Shown: piece by piece, positions 23,401-36,979 of the stretch
How positions within the stretch are numbered: the first letter of the stretch is position 1
Layout: each line of letters opens with the position of its first letter
Notes under the pieces: generated by a model
Database searches by the model: none
What the model was told of the DNA's origin: nothing
Seen by the model: only the letters and a program-made list of their open reading frames with translations
Program-made: the position numbers and the translations under genes
Source: Pecten maximus
Taxonomy: Eukaryota
NCBI RefSeq assembly: GCF_902652985.1
Contig: NC_047017.1
Location: forward strand, 21,576,001 to 21,640,000
Direction of reading: 5' to 3'
DNA length: 64,000 nucleotides

Positions 23401-26400
23401 GCCAGGAACATGTATTTACTTGTATTAAGATGAGGATGGGAACGTTTATTTACTTGTATTAAGATGAGGGTGGGAACATTTATTTACTTGTATTAAGATG
23501 AGGGTAGGAACGTTTATTTACTTGTATTAAGATGAGGCCAGGGACATTTATTTACTTGTATTAAGATGAGGGTAGGAACGTTTATTTACTTGTATTAAGA
23601 TGAGGCCAGGGACATTTATTTACTTGTATTAAGATGAGGGTAGGAATATTTATTTACTTGTATTAAGATGGGGATAGGAATATTTATTTACTTGTATTAA
23701 GATGAGGCCAGGAACATTTATTTACTTGTATTAAGATGAGGCCAGGAACATTTATTTACTTGTATTAAGATGAGGCCAGGAACATTTATTTACTTGTATT
23801 AAGATGAGGGTGGGAACGTTTATTTACTTGTATTAAGATAAGGGCCAGGAACATTTATTTACTTGTATTAAGATGAGGCCAGGGACATTTATTTACTTGT
23901 ATTAAGATGAGGGTAGGAATATTTATTTACTTGTATTAAGATGAGGCCAGGGACATTTATTCGCTTGTATTAAGATGAGGGTAGGAATATTTATTTACTT
24001 GTATTAAGATGAGGCCAGGAACATTTATTTAATTGTATTAAGATGAGGGTGGGAACGTTTATTTACTTGTATAAAGAAAAGTTTCGGCTTCCCTCTCATG
24101 GCAGCGCATTCGTTGTCGTTGAATGTACTTATGATGTCGTCAGTCGGTATCGAGCCGTCGAATGTGTGAAGCACGTGTTGTCGAAGATTTTTGGAGTCCT
24201 GAACTGGACATTCACTGCCGTGAGTACTGATTAGGCATGCGAAACAGTCGCTGTCCTCCTCAAGCTTTGATTGAATTTCTAAATAAAAATATTACGTGTT
24301 ACAAAATTTTGAAGAAAATCATTTTAGTGGTATTTTGTTCGATAACTGTTAACGCTAAATAGAGCATATAGAGGGATACTTAGAACCATGGCACTTACCT
24401 GATATAAGGCCCAAAATTTGTCACATTTCCGTATAAAATTGAACTACTATCATTTGTGATACATACCTATCAAAGAGTCCTTAAGATCTTGGGTAGTCTT
24501 GTTTTCCAGCACTTTGATTTGAAAACTGAGAACTTCGAATAATGATGTCAGGTAACCAATATCTTTTTCGGCATGAGGTAGATTCTTTTTAGCATTACGA
24601 AACTCTGTATTTACAATGAGTACGGCAACCCCACGCTGGGAATGGTTAAAATCATATCTATCATCGGGCTGGTCATCGCCATGCTTCGGACATTCATCAA
24701 CAGGTGGCACTTCTGGCTTTTTCTTTGGTTTCGGTTCATTTCCATGTGTTTTCCTATAAAAGAAATATTTCGTTTATTACATATTAACAAACCTATCATT
24801 TTTGTACAGTTAATATGTATTGAGGCCGAATGATGATTGTGGCATTACTATATATAAAATGACGTTTATGCTGAAATGAACGTAATTCAGTTAAATTCCA
24901 CAGTGACTTACCGCTTTACTAGCTTCTTCTCCTTATTAAGATTGCCTCTGAACCCATCTACTGAAGACTCTGATATAGACGAGAAAACAGTTAATAATCA
25001 TCTCAGTTTATGGATATGTACTTTTTAAGTGTGTCATCTTATTCGCAATAAAATGGGTTCATCGGGTTATCACAATCTTTCCACAGAAACTTTTTTTTAA
25101 AAAATCACAAATCCCGTCATATTTTACTGTCCTCATTTTAAATTCCAAAGAGCTGTGTGACGATCGCATGTCTTATATACATGTATCTATATATATAGGA
25201 CCATTTAAGGACGTGCCTAGAATTGGAGGTGGAGGAAATCCGGAGTACCCGGCGACACCTTAAGCACTCGGCCACCGCGGCCCCGACATTGATCATATGT
25301 AGAACACCTAGCCCTGTTTATGTATTGTTTATATGATATTCTACCGCGTTTGCTATGCAACGCCATTTTTGATTGGTTTAGAACCGTGTATTATTTGCCA
25401 GTAAAACACTCTCGTGGCAATAATACACGCTCGTGAGTCACGGCTGTTACAATTCCCCCTCTAAAATCGTGCATTTGTATGAACGTCGGAGACCCCATAT
25501 TTTACAACGGAGAACTTTGCCAGATTGTTAATTTCTATCAACCCAGAACAGACTTTGCTAAACAATATGTTGTAAGCTCTATTTCCACAGGCAACCTTTG
25601 GAGAGCATTTCTACATGAATTGCTGGCCGACATCCCGAAATTTCTCGTTACATGCCGTCAACTGGCTTAGGATTGACGTCAGCTTTTGAATATTCATTAG
25701 CACGCACGCCTTATCGTTTCTTGTGAATTGTAACAGCCATGTAGCGACCCGGTGATTCTTTGTCGTTTTTCTATTAGGAAGATGTAGATCTCAGAACTAA
25801 ACAGTACATGGTAGAATAGAAATAATCAACATTGACTCGTGTATAGTTGCAGGATATACAACTCGGACTCGGATATTTTGAAATCTTAATTAATAACTCA
25901 GGCCTGCGGCCTTCGTTATTAATTTTATTGCAAAATATCCTCGTACTCGTTGTATATCCTGCAACAATACACGAATCATCGTTAATTATTTCTTAAGTTT
26001 TTCCATATTTAGTTGGCAAAAGTTGCATTTTAGTCTTTATTAGGATTTATTATGGTAAGTTATGGACTCTATAACCATATAAAAAAAAAATACAAATATC
26101 AAATTAAATTACTTCGGTGAAATGTGGATTATTATTATAATTTATAGGCTATTTACATTGTATAATTAGTAAATATTTGAATGAATTTCCATGAATAGGT
26201 ACACTAGGTCAGTGAGTTTCGCTGGGTGTAAAAATGTACGGTAGCTTTGAGGCGCCATATTTGAACTATTCTGCGTAGTCTTGTAGTGTTGAAATGGGCT
26301 AACACGTGTTTGCAATACTGTTTTATTTGAATAGTACTTAGTAATATGTGTGTATATATTAACAGGTGCTATATGTAATGTTGCTACTACATTATTAACG

Positions 26401-29400
26401 AATATAAGTTATTAGTATGAATGGTAAGTGAGGAATTTTCAAATGTTTTGTCGTATGCATTTTGAAGCATTCCATGATTGAGTAACATTGACCCTCGTAA
26501 CAATCAAGGCCCTGCAAAAGTCCACGGCTTCCGCAACAGGACCGGCAACAGGACCGGTTATGGACCAAGTTCAGCCACATGAAGTTTGTCGGTAACCACG
26601 GGCAGGTCATGGTATCCAAAGGCCTAGCGGTCAGCGCTACTATATATATATACTGTATAATATACTGCAGACATTCTAGTTGGATGATCTCTGGTTAAGT
26701 ATAGTTAGAAATCTTTACTGGTAACATTATGTATACTTAATCTGCGAGTTGGTATATAGTGAGGAGGACTTTGTGTCAGACATCCTACACGGCACGCGCG
26801 CGGGATATAGCGAGGGAGATGTTCGTGAGGAGAACTTATACTTTGAGCAGTGAAGTACCCTGCTGAACTGCGGAACTTTATGTGCTTGTTAGAGGTTGTG
26901 AGAGTGAACGTGATTGTGCTTTTGTGTATTAGTGTTATTGTTTCAGTCTCAAATCTCCTATGTTACAAGCTGAATTTTTAAAAAAAAATGGAATTTCTTA
27001 ATATACAGAACAGAATACATAACAGTAACAAGTGTCGTGTACCCCTGATGATTATACAATGTGTCGTTTACCCCTGACGATTATACAATGTGTCGTGTAC
27101 CCCTGATGATTATACAATGCGTCGTGTACCCCTGACGATTATACAATGTGTCGTGTACCCTTGACGATTATACAATGTGTCGTGTACCCTTGACGATTAT
27201 ACAATCATGAATGTGTCGTGTACCCCTGACGACTACACAATGTGTCGTGTACCCCTGACAATGATACAGTGTGTCGTGTACCCCTGACAATAATACAGTG
27301 TGCCGTGTACCCCTGACGACTATACAGTGTGCCGTGTACCCCTGACGACTATACAGTATGTCGTGTACCGCTGACAATGATACAATGTGTCGTGTACCCC
27401 TGACAATAATAGATACAGTGTGTCGTGTACCCCTGACAATGATACAGTGTGTCGTGTACCCCTGACGACTATACAGTGTGTCGTGTACCCCTGACGACTA
27501 TACAATGTGTCGTGTACCCCTGACAATGATACAGTGTGTCGTGTACCCCTGACAATGATACAGTGTGCCGTGTACCCCTGACGACTATACAGTGTGTCGT
27601 GTACCCCTGACGACTATACAGTATGTCGTGTACCGCTGACAATGATACAATGTGTCGTGTACCCCTGACAATAATAGATACAGTGTGTCGTGTACCCCTG
27701 ACAATGATACAGTGTGCCGTGTACCCCTGACGACTATACAGTGTGTCGTGTACCCCTGACGACTATACAATATGTCGTGTACCCCTGACAATGATACAGT
27801 GTGTCGTGTACCCCTGACAATGATACAGTGTGCCGTGTACCCTTTACGACTATACAGTGTGCCGTGTACCCCTGACGACTATACAATGTGTCGTGTACCC
27901 CTGACAATAATAGATACAGTTTGTCGTGTACCCCTGACAATGATACAGTTTGTCGTGTACCCCTGACAATGATACAGTGTGCCGTGTACCCCTGACGACT
28001 ATACAGTGTGTCGTGTACCCCTCACAATGATACAATGTGTCGTGTACCTATGACAATGATACAGTGTGTCGTGTACCCTTTACGACTATACAATGTGTCT
28101 TGTACCCCTGACAATGATACAATGTGTCGTGTACCCCTGACAATAATACAATGTGTCGTGTACCCCTGACAATAATAGATACAGTGTGTCGTGTACCCCT
28201 GACAATGATACAGTGTGCCGTGTACCCCTGACGACTATACAGTGTGTCGTGTACCCCTGACGACTATACAATGTGTCGTGTACCCCTGACAATGATACAG
28301 TGTGTCGTGTACCCCTGACAATGATACAGTGTGCCGTGTACCCCTGACGACTATACAGTGTGTCGTGTACCCCTGACGACTATACAGTATGTCGTGTACC
28401 GCTGACAATGATACAATGTGTCGTGTACCCCTGACAATGATACAGTGTGTCGTGTACCCCTGACAATGATACAGTGTGCCGTGTACCCCTGACGACTATA
28501 CAGTGTGTCGTGTACCCCTGACGACTATACAATGTGTCGTGTACCCCTGACAATGATACAGTGTGTCGTGTACCCCTGACAATGATACAGTGTGCCGTGT
28601 ACCCTTTACGACTATACAGTGTGCCGTGTACCCCTGACGACTATACAATGTGTCGTGTACCCCTGACAATAATAGATACAGTTTGTCGTGTACCCCTGAC
28701 AATGATACAGTGTGTCGTGTACCCCTGACAATGATACAGTGTGCCGTGTACCCCTGACGACTATACAGTGTGTCGTGTACCCCTCACAATGATACAATGT
28801 GTCGTGTACCTATGACAATGATACAGTGTGTCGTGTACCCTTTACGACTATACAATGTGTCTTGTACCCCTGACAATGATACAATGTGTCGTGTACCCCT
28901 GACAATAATACAATGTGTCGTGTACCCCTGACAATAATAGATACAGTGTGTCGTGTACCCCTGACAATGATACAGTGTGCCGTGTACCCCTGACGACTAT
29001 ACAGTGTGTCGTGTACCCCTGACAATGATACAGTGTGTCGTGTACCCCTGACAATGATACAGTGTGCCGTGTACCCCTGACGACTATACAATGTGTCGTG
29101 TACCCCTGACAATGATACAGTGTGTCGTGTACCCCTGACAATGATACAGTGTGTCGTGTACCCCTGACAATAATACAGTGTGCCGTGTACCCCTGACGAC
29201 TATACAGTGTGCCGTGTACCCCTGACGACTATACAGTATGTCGTGTACCGCTGACAATGATACAATGTGTCGTGTACCCCTGACAATAATAGATACAGTG
29301 TGTCGTGTACCCCTGACAATGATACAGTGTGCCGTGTACCCCTGACGACTATACAGTGTGTCGTGTACCCCTGACGACTATACAATATGTCGTGTACCCT

Positions 29401-31493
29401 TGACAATGATACAGTGTGTCGTGTACCCCTGACAATGATACAGTGTGCCGTGTACCCCTGACGACTATACAGTGTGTCGTGTACCCCTGACGACTATACA
29501 ATATGTCGTGTACCCCTGATAATGATACAGTGTGTCGTGTACCCCTGACAATGATACAGTGTGCCGTGTACCCCTGACGACTATACAATGTGTCGTGTAC
29601 CCCTGACAATAATAGATACAGTTTGTCGTGTACCCCTGACAATGATACAGTTTGTCGTGTACCCCTGACAATGATACAGTGTGCCGTGTACCCCTGACGA
29701 CTATACAGTGTGTCGTGTACCCCTCACAATGATACAATGTGTCGTGTACCTATGACAATGATACAGTGTGTCGTGTACCCTTTACGACTATACAATGTGT
29801 CTTGTACCCCTGACAATGATACAATGTGTCGTGTACCCCTGACAATGATACAATGTGTCGTGTACCCCTGACAATAATAGATACAGTGTGTCGTGTACCC
29901 CTGACAATGATACAGTGTGCCGTGTACCCCTGACGACTATACAGTGTGTCGTGTACCCCTGACAATGATACAGTGTGTCGTGTACCCCTGACAATGATAC
30001 AGTGTGCCGTGTACCCCTGACGACTATACAATGTGTCGTGTACCCCTGACAATGATACAGTGTGTCGTGTACCCCTGACAATAATACAGTGTGCCGTGTA
30101 CCCCTGACGACTATACAGTGTGCCGTGTACCCCTGACGACTATACAGTATGTCGTGTACCGCTGACAATGATACAATGTGTCGTGTACCCCTGACAATAA
30201 TAGATACAGTGTGTCGTGTACCCCTGACAATAATACAGTGTGCCGTGTACCCCTGACGACTATACAGTGTGTCGTGTACCCCTGACGACTATACAATATG
30301 TCGTGTACCCCTGACAATGATACAGTGTGTCGTGTACCCCTGACAATGATACAGTGTGCCGTGTACCCCTGACGACTATACAGTGTGTCGTGTACCCCTG
30401 ACGACTATACAATATGTCGTGTACCCCTGACAATGATACAATGTGTCGTGTACCCCTGACAATGATATAGTGTGTCGTGTACCCCTGACAATGATATAGT
30501 TTGTCGTGTACCCCTGACAATGATATAGTGTGTCGTGTACCCCTGACAATGATACAATGTGTCGTGTACCCCTGACGACTATACAGTGTGTCGTGTACCC
30601 CTGACGACTATACAGTGTGTCGTGTACCCCTGACAATGATACAGTGTGTCGTGTACCCCTGACAATGATACAGTGTGTCGTGTACCCCTGACAATGATAC
30701 AATGTGTCGTGTACCCCTGACAATGATACAATGTGTCGTGTACCCCTGACAATGATACAGTGTGTCGTGTACCCCTGACAATGATACAGTGTGTCGTGTA
30801 CCCCTGACAATGATACAATGTGTCGTGTACCCCTGACAATGATACAGTGTGTCGTGTACCCCTGACAATGATACAGTGTGTCGTGTACCCCTGACGACTA
30901 TACAATGTGTCCGTGTACCTATGACGGGTATCCTTACCGGCTATACGGGATATAATGTTTGACATATTTTTAGATATGCTTTTATTTACTTCGTGTATTT
31001 TTTTCAAAGCAGATACAGATGATAATATGTTAGTCTTCAGGATATGTAAGAAATTAGTATACTGACCCTAAACATTTATATAGAACAACTTACCTATCCA
31101 TATAATACACACATAAGCACTTTGTTTTTCGCAAGGCGATAATCGCATAACATTTGCAGGATCTCTGTTTCCCCCCAAATATCATTTGTTGATGTACGGA
31201 GCATGTAAAGCCATCCTACCCAATCCTAACATTTACAAGCACATGAATGTTTACGTTTTAAATATTGCTTAAGTCTGAGATTTCTTGTTGGGGCTGATCG
31301 GTGTTTCGTTTAGTTTAAACATATCTTATTGACATAATGTTGACATACACTGTACCAACTTAGAAATAACTTCTCCCGTATTCATACATAATGATATGTA
31401 AATAATGGTCACGTGATGGCATATACAAATATTCTAAAGTATGGTAAGGAAAAGAAAAAAAAATTGGCTCATCAGAGCAAAAATATTACTTAT

Positions 31494-31581
<88 letters not shown>

Positions 31582-32461
31582 CATTGGGATGGCAAGAATT
31601 TAATGCATTATGTTCATTTTTAAGTATTCTAATATTTGAAATTATAAAAACGGTTAAAACGGGGGAGGGATGTAGTTGAACTCTTCAGTAGTTCCGCTCT
31701 CCAGCCGACAAATAGGTTCCATTAAATAGTCAAATCACAGGCGTCTTAATCTGGTTAGTATTTTTACAAAAGATATTCGCCCCTATACTACTATATCAAT
31801 AAGGTATAAGACTTGAAATGTGAGGATGAGCTTCGATTAATTTTTAATATAAGTAAATCCGGCTAAAATATCAAATGCACACAAATTTCAGTTACGTACA
31901 TTGGTTTTGAATCCTTAAATATCAACGTATGTTATTAATTTGTCGTGTGACAATGAATTAAAAATGGTAAATGAACGAATAGTGGTCATGATAGCCGACG
32001 ATGCATCGACAGTAAAACGGAAGTAAGATACATTAGTATTTTTTCTACAAATACTAATCCGATGCAGACGCCTATGACCAGATAATTTAATGTTGCCCGG
32101 ATGTAGTTAAACCGATGTCATTTATATACTGGTCGATTTCTGATATGAGTTTGACCAACATTAATGAAATGTTCTACAATAAATGATAATATACAACTAA
32201 CAATTCTTAACATATCGTTCTTTACTGTAGTTTGTGTTATTTTTTGTTAGATGGCGTGACAGTCGGTTATCAACAGGTCAGTATTTATCTTCCGACATAC
32301 TGTAGTCTATTCTTTCTTTACTCACCTGGAATGTCCGGCGCCAGCACACCCGCCCCTACAGCTGCCCCCTCCGTCACTGGCCCGGGGGTGGGGACGTTTG
32401 TACTAGAGGGGGGAGATGCATCCGTCGAGAGAGGCAGCTCACCCTCGGCCATACCTTCCAT
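20175..32461 (-). CDS. Caspase-3/6/7-like gene 1 (6 exons, 510 aa, intact ORF, non-canonical S1 pocket)
   Basis: join of 32461-32326, 24969-24912, 24753-24467, 24278-24067, 22841-22247, 20419-20175 = 1533 nt, all GT-AG and phase-consistent; motifs YDFNH..RGVAVLIVN, ISTHG, GKPKLFFIQACRG, MLTKDIYF. Confidence 0.9.
20945..21448. repeat. 21-bp minisatellite (~24 copies) in gene 1 intron 5
   Basis: Unit atgggaagtaactcccggtca. Confidence 0.95.
21855..22246. repeat. 54-bp minisatellite made of the exon5/intron5 junction (~7 copies)
   Basis: Each unit contains minus-strand GTTCTCTTGGGATYCAG|GTAAGTAG. Confidence 0.92.
22247..22841 (-). CDS. Gene 1 exon 5 (catalytic Cys ACRG, long linker, start of small subunit)
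   Basis: Within ORF 22188-22892; acceptor TTCCAG|GCG, donor CCAG|GTAAG. Confidence 0.92.
23345..24066. repeat. 34-bp minisatellite made of the exon4/intron4 junction (~21 copies)
   Basis: Each unit contains minus-strand ATACAA|GTAAATAAA. Confidence 0.93.
24067..24278 (-). CDS. Gene 1 exon 4 (catalytic His, ISTHG..GKPKLFFIQ)
   Basis: 212-nt exon translated by hand; same length in genes 2 and 4. Confidence 0.92.
24467..24753 (-). CDS. Gene 1 exon 3 (start of large subunit)
   Basis: YDFNHSQRGVAVLIVNTEF..AEKD. Confidence 0.9.
24912..24969 (-). CDS. Gene 1 exon 2 (SSVDGFRGNLNKEKKLVKR)
   Basis: 58-nt phase 1/2 exon; donor GCG|GTAAG; paralog at 41276-41336. Confidence 0.75.
25203..25284 (-). mobile_element. 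Internally deleted copy of the 2558-2780 SINE family
   Basis: 5' head GGGGCCGCGGTGGCCGAG joined directly to the CCGGGTACTCCG core. Confidence 0.65.
25330..25996. mobile_element. Non-autonomous element with long terminal fold-back (Crypton-like architecture)
   Basis: ~80-bp-arm hairpin 25824-25990 centred on ggcctgcggcc, plus short IR attctacc/ggtagaat; family assignment is inference. Confidence 0.5.
27031..30920. repeat. 29-bp satellite array (~3.9 kb) in gene 1 intron 1
   Basis: Unit tgtgtcgtgtacccctgac(aatg|gact)atacar with 33-bp variants. Confidence 0.97.
31494..31575. repeat. (AG)n microsatellite
   Basis: About 41 AG units. Confidence 0.97.
32326..32461 (-). CDS. Gene 1 exon 1 (MEGMAEGELPLSTDASPP...PDIP)
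   Basis: ATG; homologous to 42783-42924 and 55164-55299; donor CCAG|GTGAG. Confidence 0.75.
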
Positions 32462-32653
32462 GTTTGATTATGATTATTTCGTCAGGACAGAGACCTATAT
32501 ACTAAAGTTCTCTGGTCAGGAGTTATAATTATCACATCATCGAATGGAAATGATTTTTGTCGGCTTGACCTCACGTGGACACGAGTCATATCTAAATACA
32601 GTATTAGCGATTATAATGAGCGATAGTCTAATCTCTGTAGTGGGATACAGGTA

Positions 32654-32663
32654 GGGAAATCCC
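32654..32663. promoter_or_regulatory. Candidate NF-kB (Rel) site upstream of gene 1
   Basis: GGGAAATCCC matches GGGRNWYYCC ~190 bp 5' of the ATG; the aligned position in gene 2 (43131-43140) reads TGGAATTTCC on the minus strand. Confidence 0.4.
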
Positions 32664-33554
32664 AACATATGACTATTTTGTTGAAAGTTTGACCTCTGTT
32701 GCAGTTATCTCCCTTTTACACGTGTATCTCGGTGATTAACATTTGATTACTATTTAAAGGATGGTTTGTATTGATTGTGAATTGTTCCGGATTAAACATT
32801 GATTGACAAGAAAGATAACTTATCATGTGAATGATTCCGTGTATAAAGATAATAATTGATTTAGAACAAAATATGTGTCACACGAGTATTTTATCTTCTT
32901 GTCATTGCTATTATGCAAGCAACAAACAATGTTTCACAGCATAGTTCGATCAAAATGACCTGTTGTGTTGAACTTTGATTAGCATATTGATTACAAACGA
33001 GTCTATAGTCATATAGGGGAAATAAGTCCTTTGTATATATACATTATATATGTTAGTTGTTTATAATGTAACAAACCTTATTATCATCAGCTGCATCATT
33101 TGTATTTATACTGGTCTAGATTTAGCAACAAATCATGTGAGCATTTGATTACATAGTTACTTAAATATATGTAAATCATGCATCAGAAATAAATAAATGA
33201 TACAATCCCTGTGTTGTCAATATAAAATTTAACAAAAACGAATGGTCCATAACAGCATCCTGCTGGACAGTATTCCGAATCGATATGATTTGTATTGTCC
33301 CGACGAATCAATGAAAGGTTAGCACACCTTACAAAAATGGAACTGCCCACTTTGAATATTCCACGAAAAGGTCAGCGCGACAGGTCATTCTAGTTCGACT
33401 ATAACACCATGTTTATTGGTACAATAAGACACAAACAGAGACAGTAACCTAAAATGAAAAGAACAATACCTGACAATATATGGACACGTGTAAACGATGC
33501 CCTTGATAAAACTAATTTTAAGATACGAAAAGCATAAGATATTTACTTAGGTAC

Positions 33555-33700
33555 ATTTTATAGTGCTATCTCACTGGAGTATACTACCAAAGACACCCAA
33601 TGGGACATCAAGCTCGGCAATAGTGTACTGCCAACGGGCGAACTAATCGTCCTACTCCCATTATGTGGAATACCAAGCAAAAGTAGCAACTAATATATTT
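33555..33700 (-). mobile_element. Decayed SINE fragment with Meta-type core
   Basis: ATAGTGCTATCTCACTGGA..GACACCC motif; related plus-strand fragment (CAGTGGGATGGCACTATAAA) at ~44190-44395. Confidence 0.45.
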
Positions 33701-36700
33701 ATAGAATATCATAAATACTGTACATATTGCCAGTTAGAACTTTTGTCTGTTAGGTAGTCAGCCCTAGAGAAAGTCACAAGAAAGGTGGCGGATGTATTAG
33801 ATCAAGCTATGATGTTTCTCGAATTATCAAGGCAGAGAAGAGGCTTCATATTGGTCATTTATACCCTTATACAACTAGACAATAAGGCTATCTCCAGCTC
33901 TTATTTATCAACATTAAAATTCAGTTAACATCAGTTTTGTCGATATATCTATCTATCATTAATGCTATCATTTAATTTGCTGTTGATAATAATATAACGT
34001 GTTTAAGATAATACATGGTACACATGTAATGTCACTACGGACATGTTTGAGGAGAAATCAACTATATGGACTGTGGCCACGTATGAAATCTGTACCGGTC
34101 CTGATCGATGATACAGCTTTTTGTTGTTTTTTTTGTTTTGTTTTGTTTTTCTCTTTTTATTGATATTCGCTTTTACTTTTGAAATCTCTTACCTACTTCA
34201 TTCGATGGAAAACACACACACACTGAAGGGGAACAACTCTGACTAAATTATGTGTCTTGGCCCTGCTGGTAGACTATAAGTCCCCGATGTTTACCGTTAC
34301 CCTGCATATCACGTTTTATTCCTTATGAATAGTGGCCATTTCCGTACATCCGTATTTCATGTTGTTGTTTTTATCTATGCTTAAACATACTTTTATATAT
34401 TTATTTTTATATCACTTGATTAAATATCAAGGTGTTAATACCTCCTTTGCCTTTATATAACCCTGAATGATTTCTGGTCGCTTATAGTACCTAGCAGCAA
34501 ACACACTATTCTGATTTATCAAAAACTTCTGTTATAGCATATACTACACCAAACATACAATCGCTAAATCCGGGCCGATTACTTAAAGTCTCTCATTCCT
34601 GACGGAATTGGCCGAGACGATGCGATTCCACCCGATATGTGTCAAAATACTTCTATTATAGCACACTACATAATATTATACTGCACCTAAGATACAACCT
34701 CTATATCTCGGCAAATTCCGTAAAGTCTCGGATTCCGTACGGAATTGGCCGAGACGATGCGATTCCACTCGATTGATCGTCAGATTGGGATTGATGTTAT
34801 TCAGATAAAGGTTGTACAACATAAAACGCAAGGAAAAATCAACGTTTGTTTCATTGTTTTAATGTAAGAATTTTAAAGTGCTGCATCAGTTGCAATTACA
34901 TCAAGAAAATAAATCTCCATTGTCAACATATTACTACGTAAAAGGTGAAATAAACTGACATTGTTATCATCACAGAGTGATTAACATTGAGACCAAACAC
35001 CGACAGATTAACATTGAGACAAACACCGACAGATTAGCATTGAGACAAACAACAGATTACCGCTGAGACAAATATCAACAAGTAAAACTGAATTGAACAC
35101 CAACGGAAAAAAAACATTCTTTTAATAAATGGTTAAAATTAACATCATCATCGACTGATTAACATCGAGACAAACACCGGCGGACCAGCATTTACATTTA
35201 TACCGACTGATATCTTCAAAACATCTGCATTGGTATTAAAAATAAATTAAATCACTTTTGTAAAATATTATTAATAAAAAATGTCTAAACGTACAACAAA
35301 ATAAAAAAGAATAATAAAATAAATGGGAATACATCTGTAACAAGAAAAATCATCCGTACTTAACTTTAACGTCTACTCACACACATTACATAATAAAGTT
35401 TATTAGTTCTCACGTACTCGTTACCCTGTATTATATAGCCAGCTACATATTAGTACAAGTATTAAACAAGGTTACCCTAGGCATTATAAAGCTGCCGTAT
35501 TCCATGAGACCAGTCGTTGTTATTATAATACATATACAAACTGTTTAGGGGGTAATTAAGGAGAGATCTATCTCGGTCACCGGTAAAAAAAAAAAACTTA
35601 CTTTGAAACCGTCAATTGCCACAATTGAAACAAGAACAAAAACTCCATTAATATTCATTACAAAATAGTTATTACCTAAACAGAAACGTTTTAATCGTAA
35701 AACGTTGATTTAACAAAAAGGCAAAAAATTAATTAGCGAAAGTTGTTAAAATGTCGGATGAGTAGCTCATACATAATTATGGTGTGTATGAAGTGTATAG
35801 GATGAATATATAGCAAAATTTGAGAAAATGAGATTATCGACCACGGGAAATAAATTAGGATGAGAAAATGAGATTATCGACCACGGGAAGTAAGTCAGGT
35901 TGAGAAAATGAAATTTTCGACCATTTCAGAGTTAACAATAATTACTCTACTTATTGAATGGACTGATCGACTGAGCTTGCTTGATTACTTTCTGATGTAA
36001 ACAAGAAATTGACTACAGCTAAACACTTTCGACGATAAAATTGCACTCACATAGTTCCTGCCACCACCCCCGCGAAAAAAAAACTGGAGACAATATCTCA
36101 CTCTAAAAAGGAAGTGCGAGTATCAATCATCTACGTAGTGTTGCTATGCCGCGTCATATCCAACGATGACGTCATCAAATTAGTTCCATCCATGAGAATA
36201 CATTTGTACAAATATGGCTACTAGTGTCGTGTAATTTCACACAGTACTTGTTGTTGTCCATGTAGTGAACATCTGGGGATGTTACGAGTATACTGACCAA
36301 TTCCTTGTTTACTTCGTTTAAAGCCAGTTGTACTTTACTCACGATTCAAGGTTACCACGAGTTTAAACTTGGCTGATGTGTCTGCATCCCAATTCCTATT
36401 GTACACGAGACGCGTGCACTAAATTATCAAGGGAGATACATCTATATTGTAATTGCCGCCTTCGTTGTAGCTTTGCGTTATCGTGATTTTTTCTTTCGGG
36501 TGACTTCGTTGATGTACGATCTGTAAGTCCTCAGTGGTTCGACCCCAGGTGTGGTGTGTGTACATCAACTGTACCACGACTGTACCTCGACAGTACTTTG
36601 TATCCCGGCAGAATTCAGTACCACGACACTGCACCACGAAAGCGTTCCAAGACGGTAGTTTGTATCCCTGCATTACTCGTTTTGAACACCAATAATAAAA

Positions 36701-36701
36701 T

Positions 36702-36979
36702 TCATACTGCCGTAACTAAAGCCGCTTTCTTGCTCCATTTTAACCGGAAGTAGATATCTTTGGTGAGCATGTGGTAAATACACGCTGCTGACTTCGATTG
36801 ATGCCATTCCGGCTTGCTAGGCATGTTAGTTTGCAGATATATTGCCATTTCGTTGTTGACTTCTGTCAACACCTGTAGGAGGTCTGTCCGGAAGTCGTAC
36901 CTGTGGAACCAGTGCACCACATTATACATACAATATGGCAGCCATCCTCCAGTGTGATCATCGCCCCAAGCCAACCGCT
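36702..36979 (-). CDS. Gene 2 exon 6 (small subunit, ends VTAV)
   Basis: ORF 36702-37031. Confidence 0.9.

Noticed and set aside
27168-31007. Many Cys/His-rich ORFs; CRISPR-like regularity
   Set aside because: 29-bp satellite with no unique spacers and no cas genes, in a eukaryotic context
32232-32528. Plus-strand ORFs conserved between 32232-32528 and 42770-43012
   Set aside because: Antisense shadows of caspase exon 1
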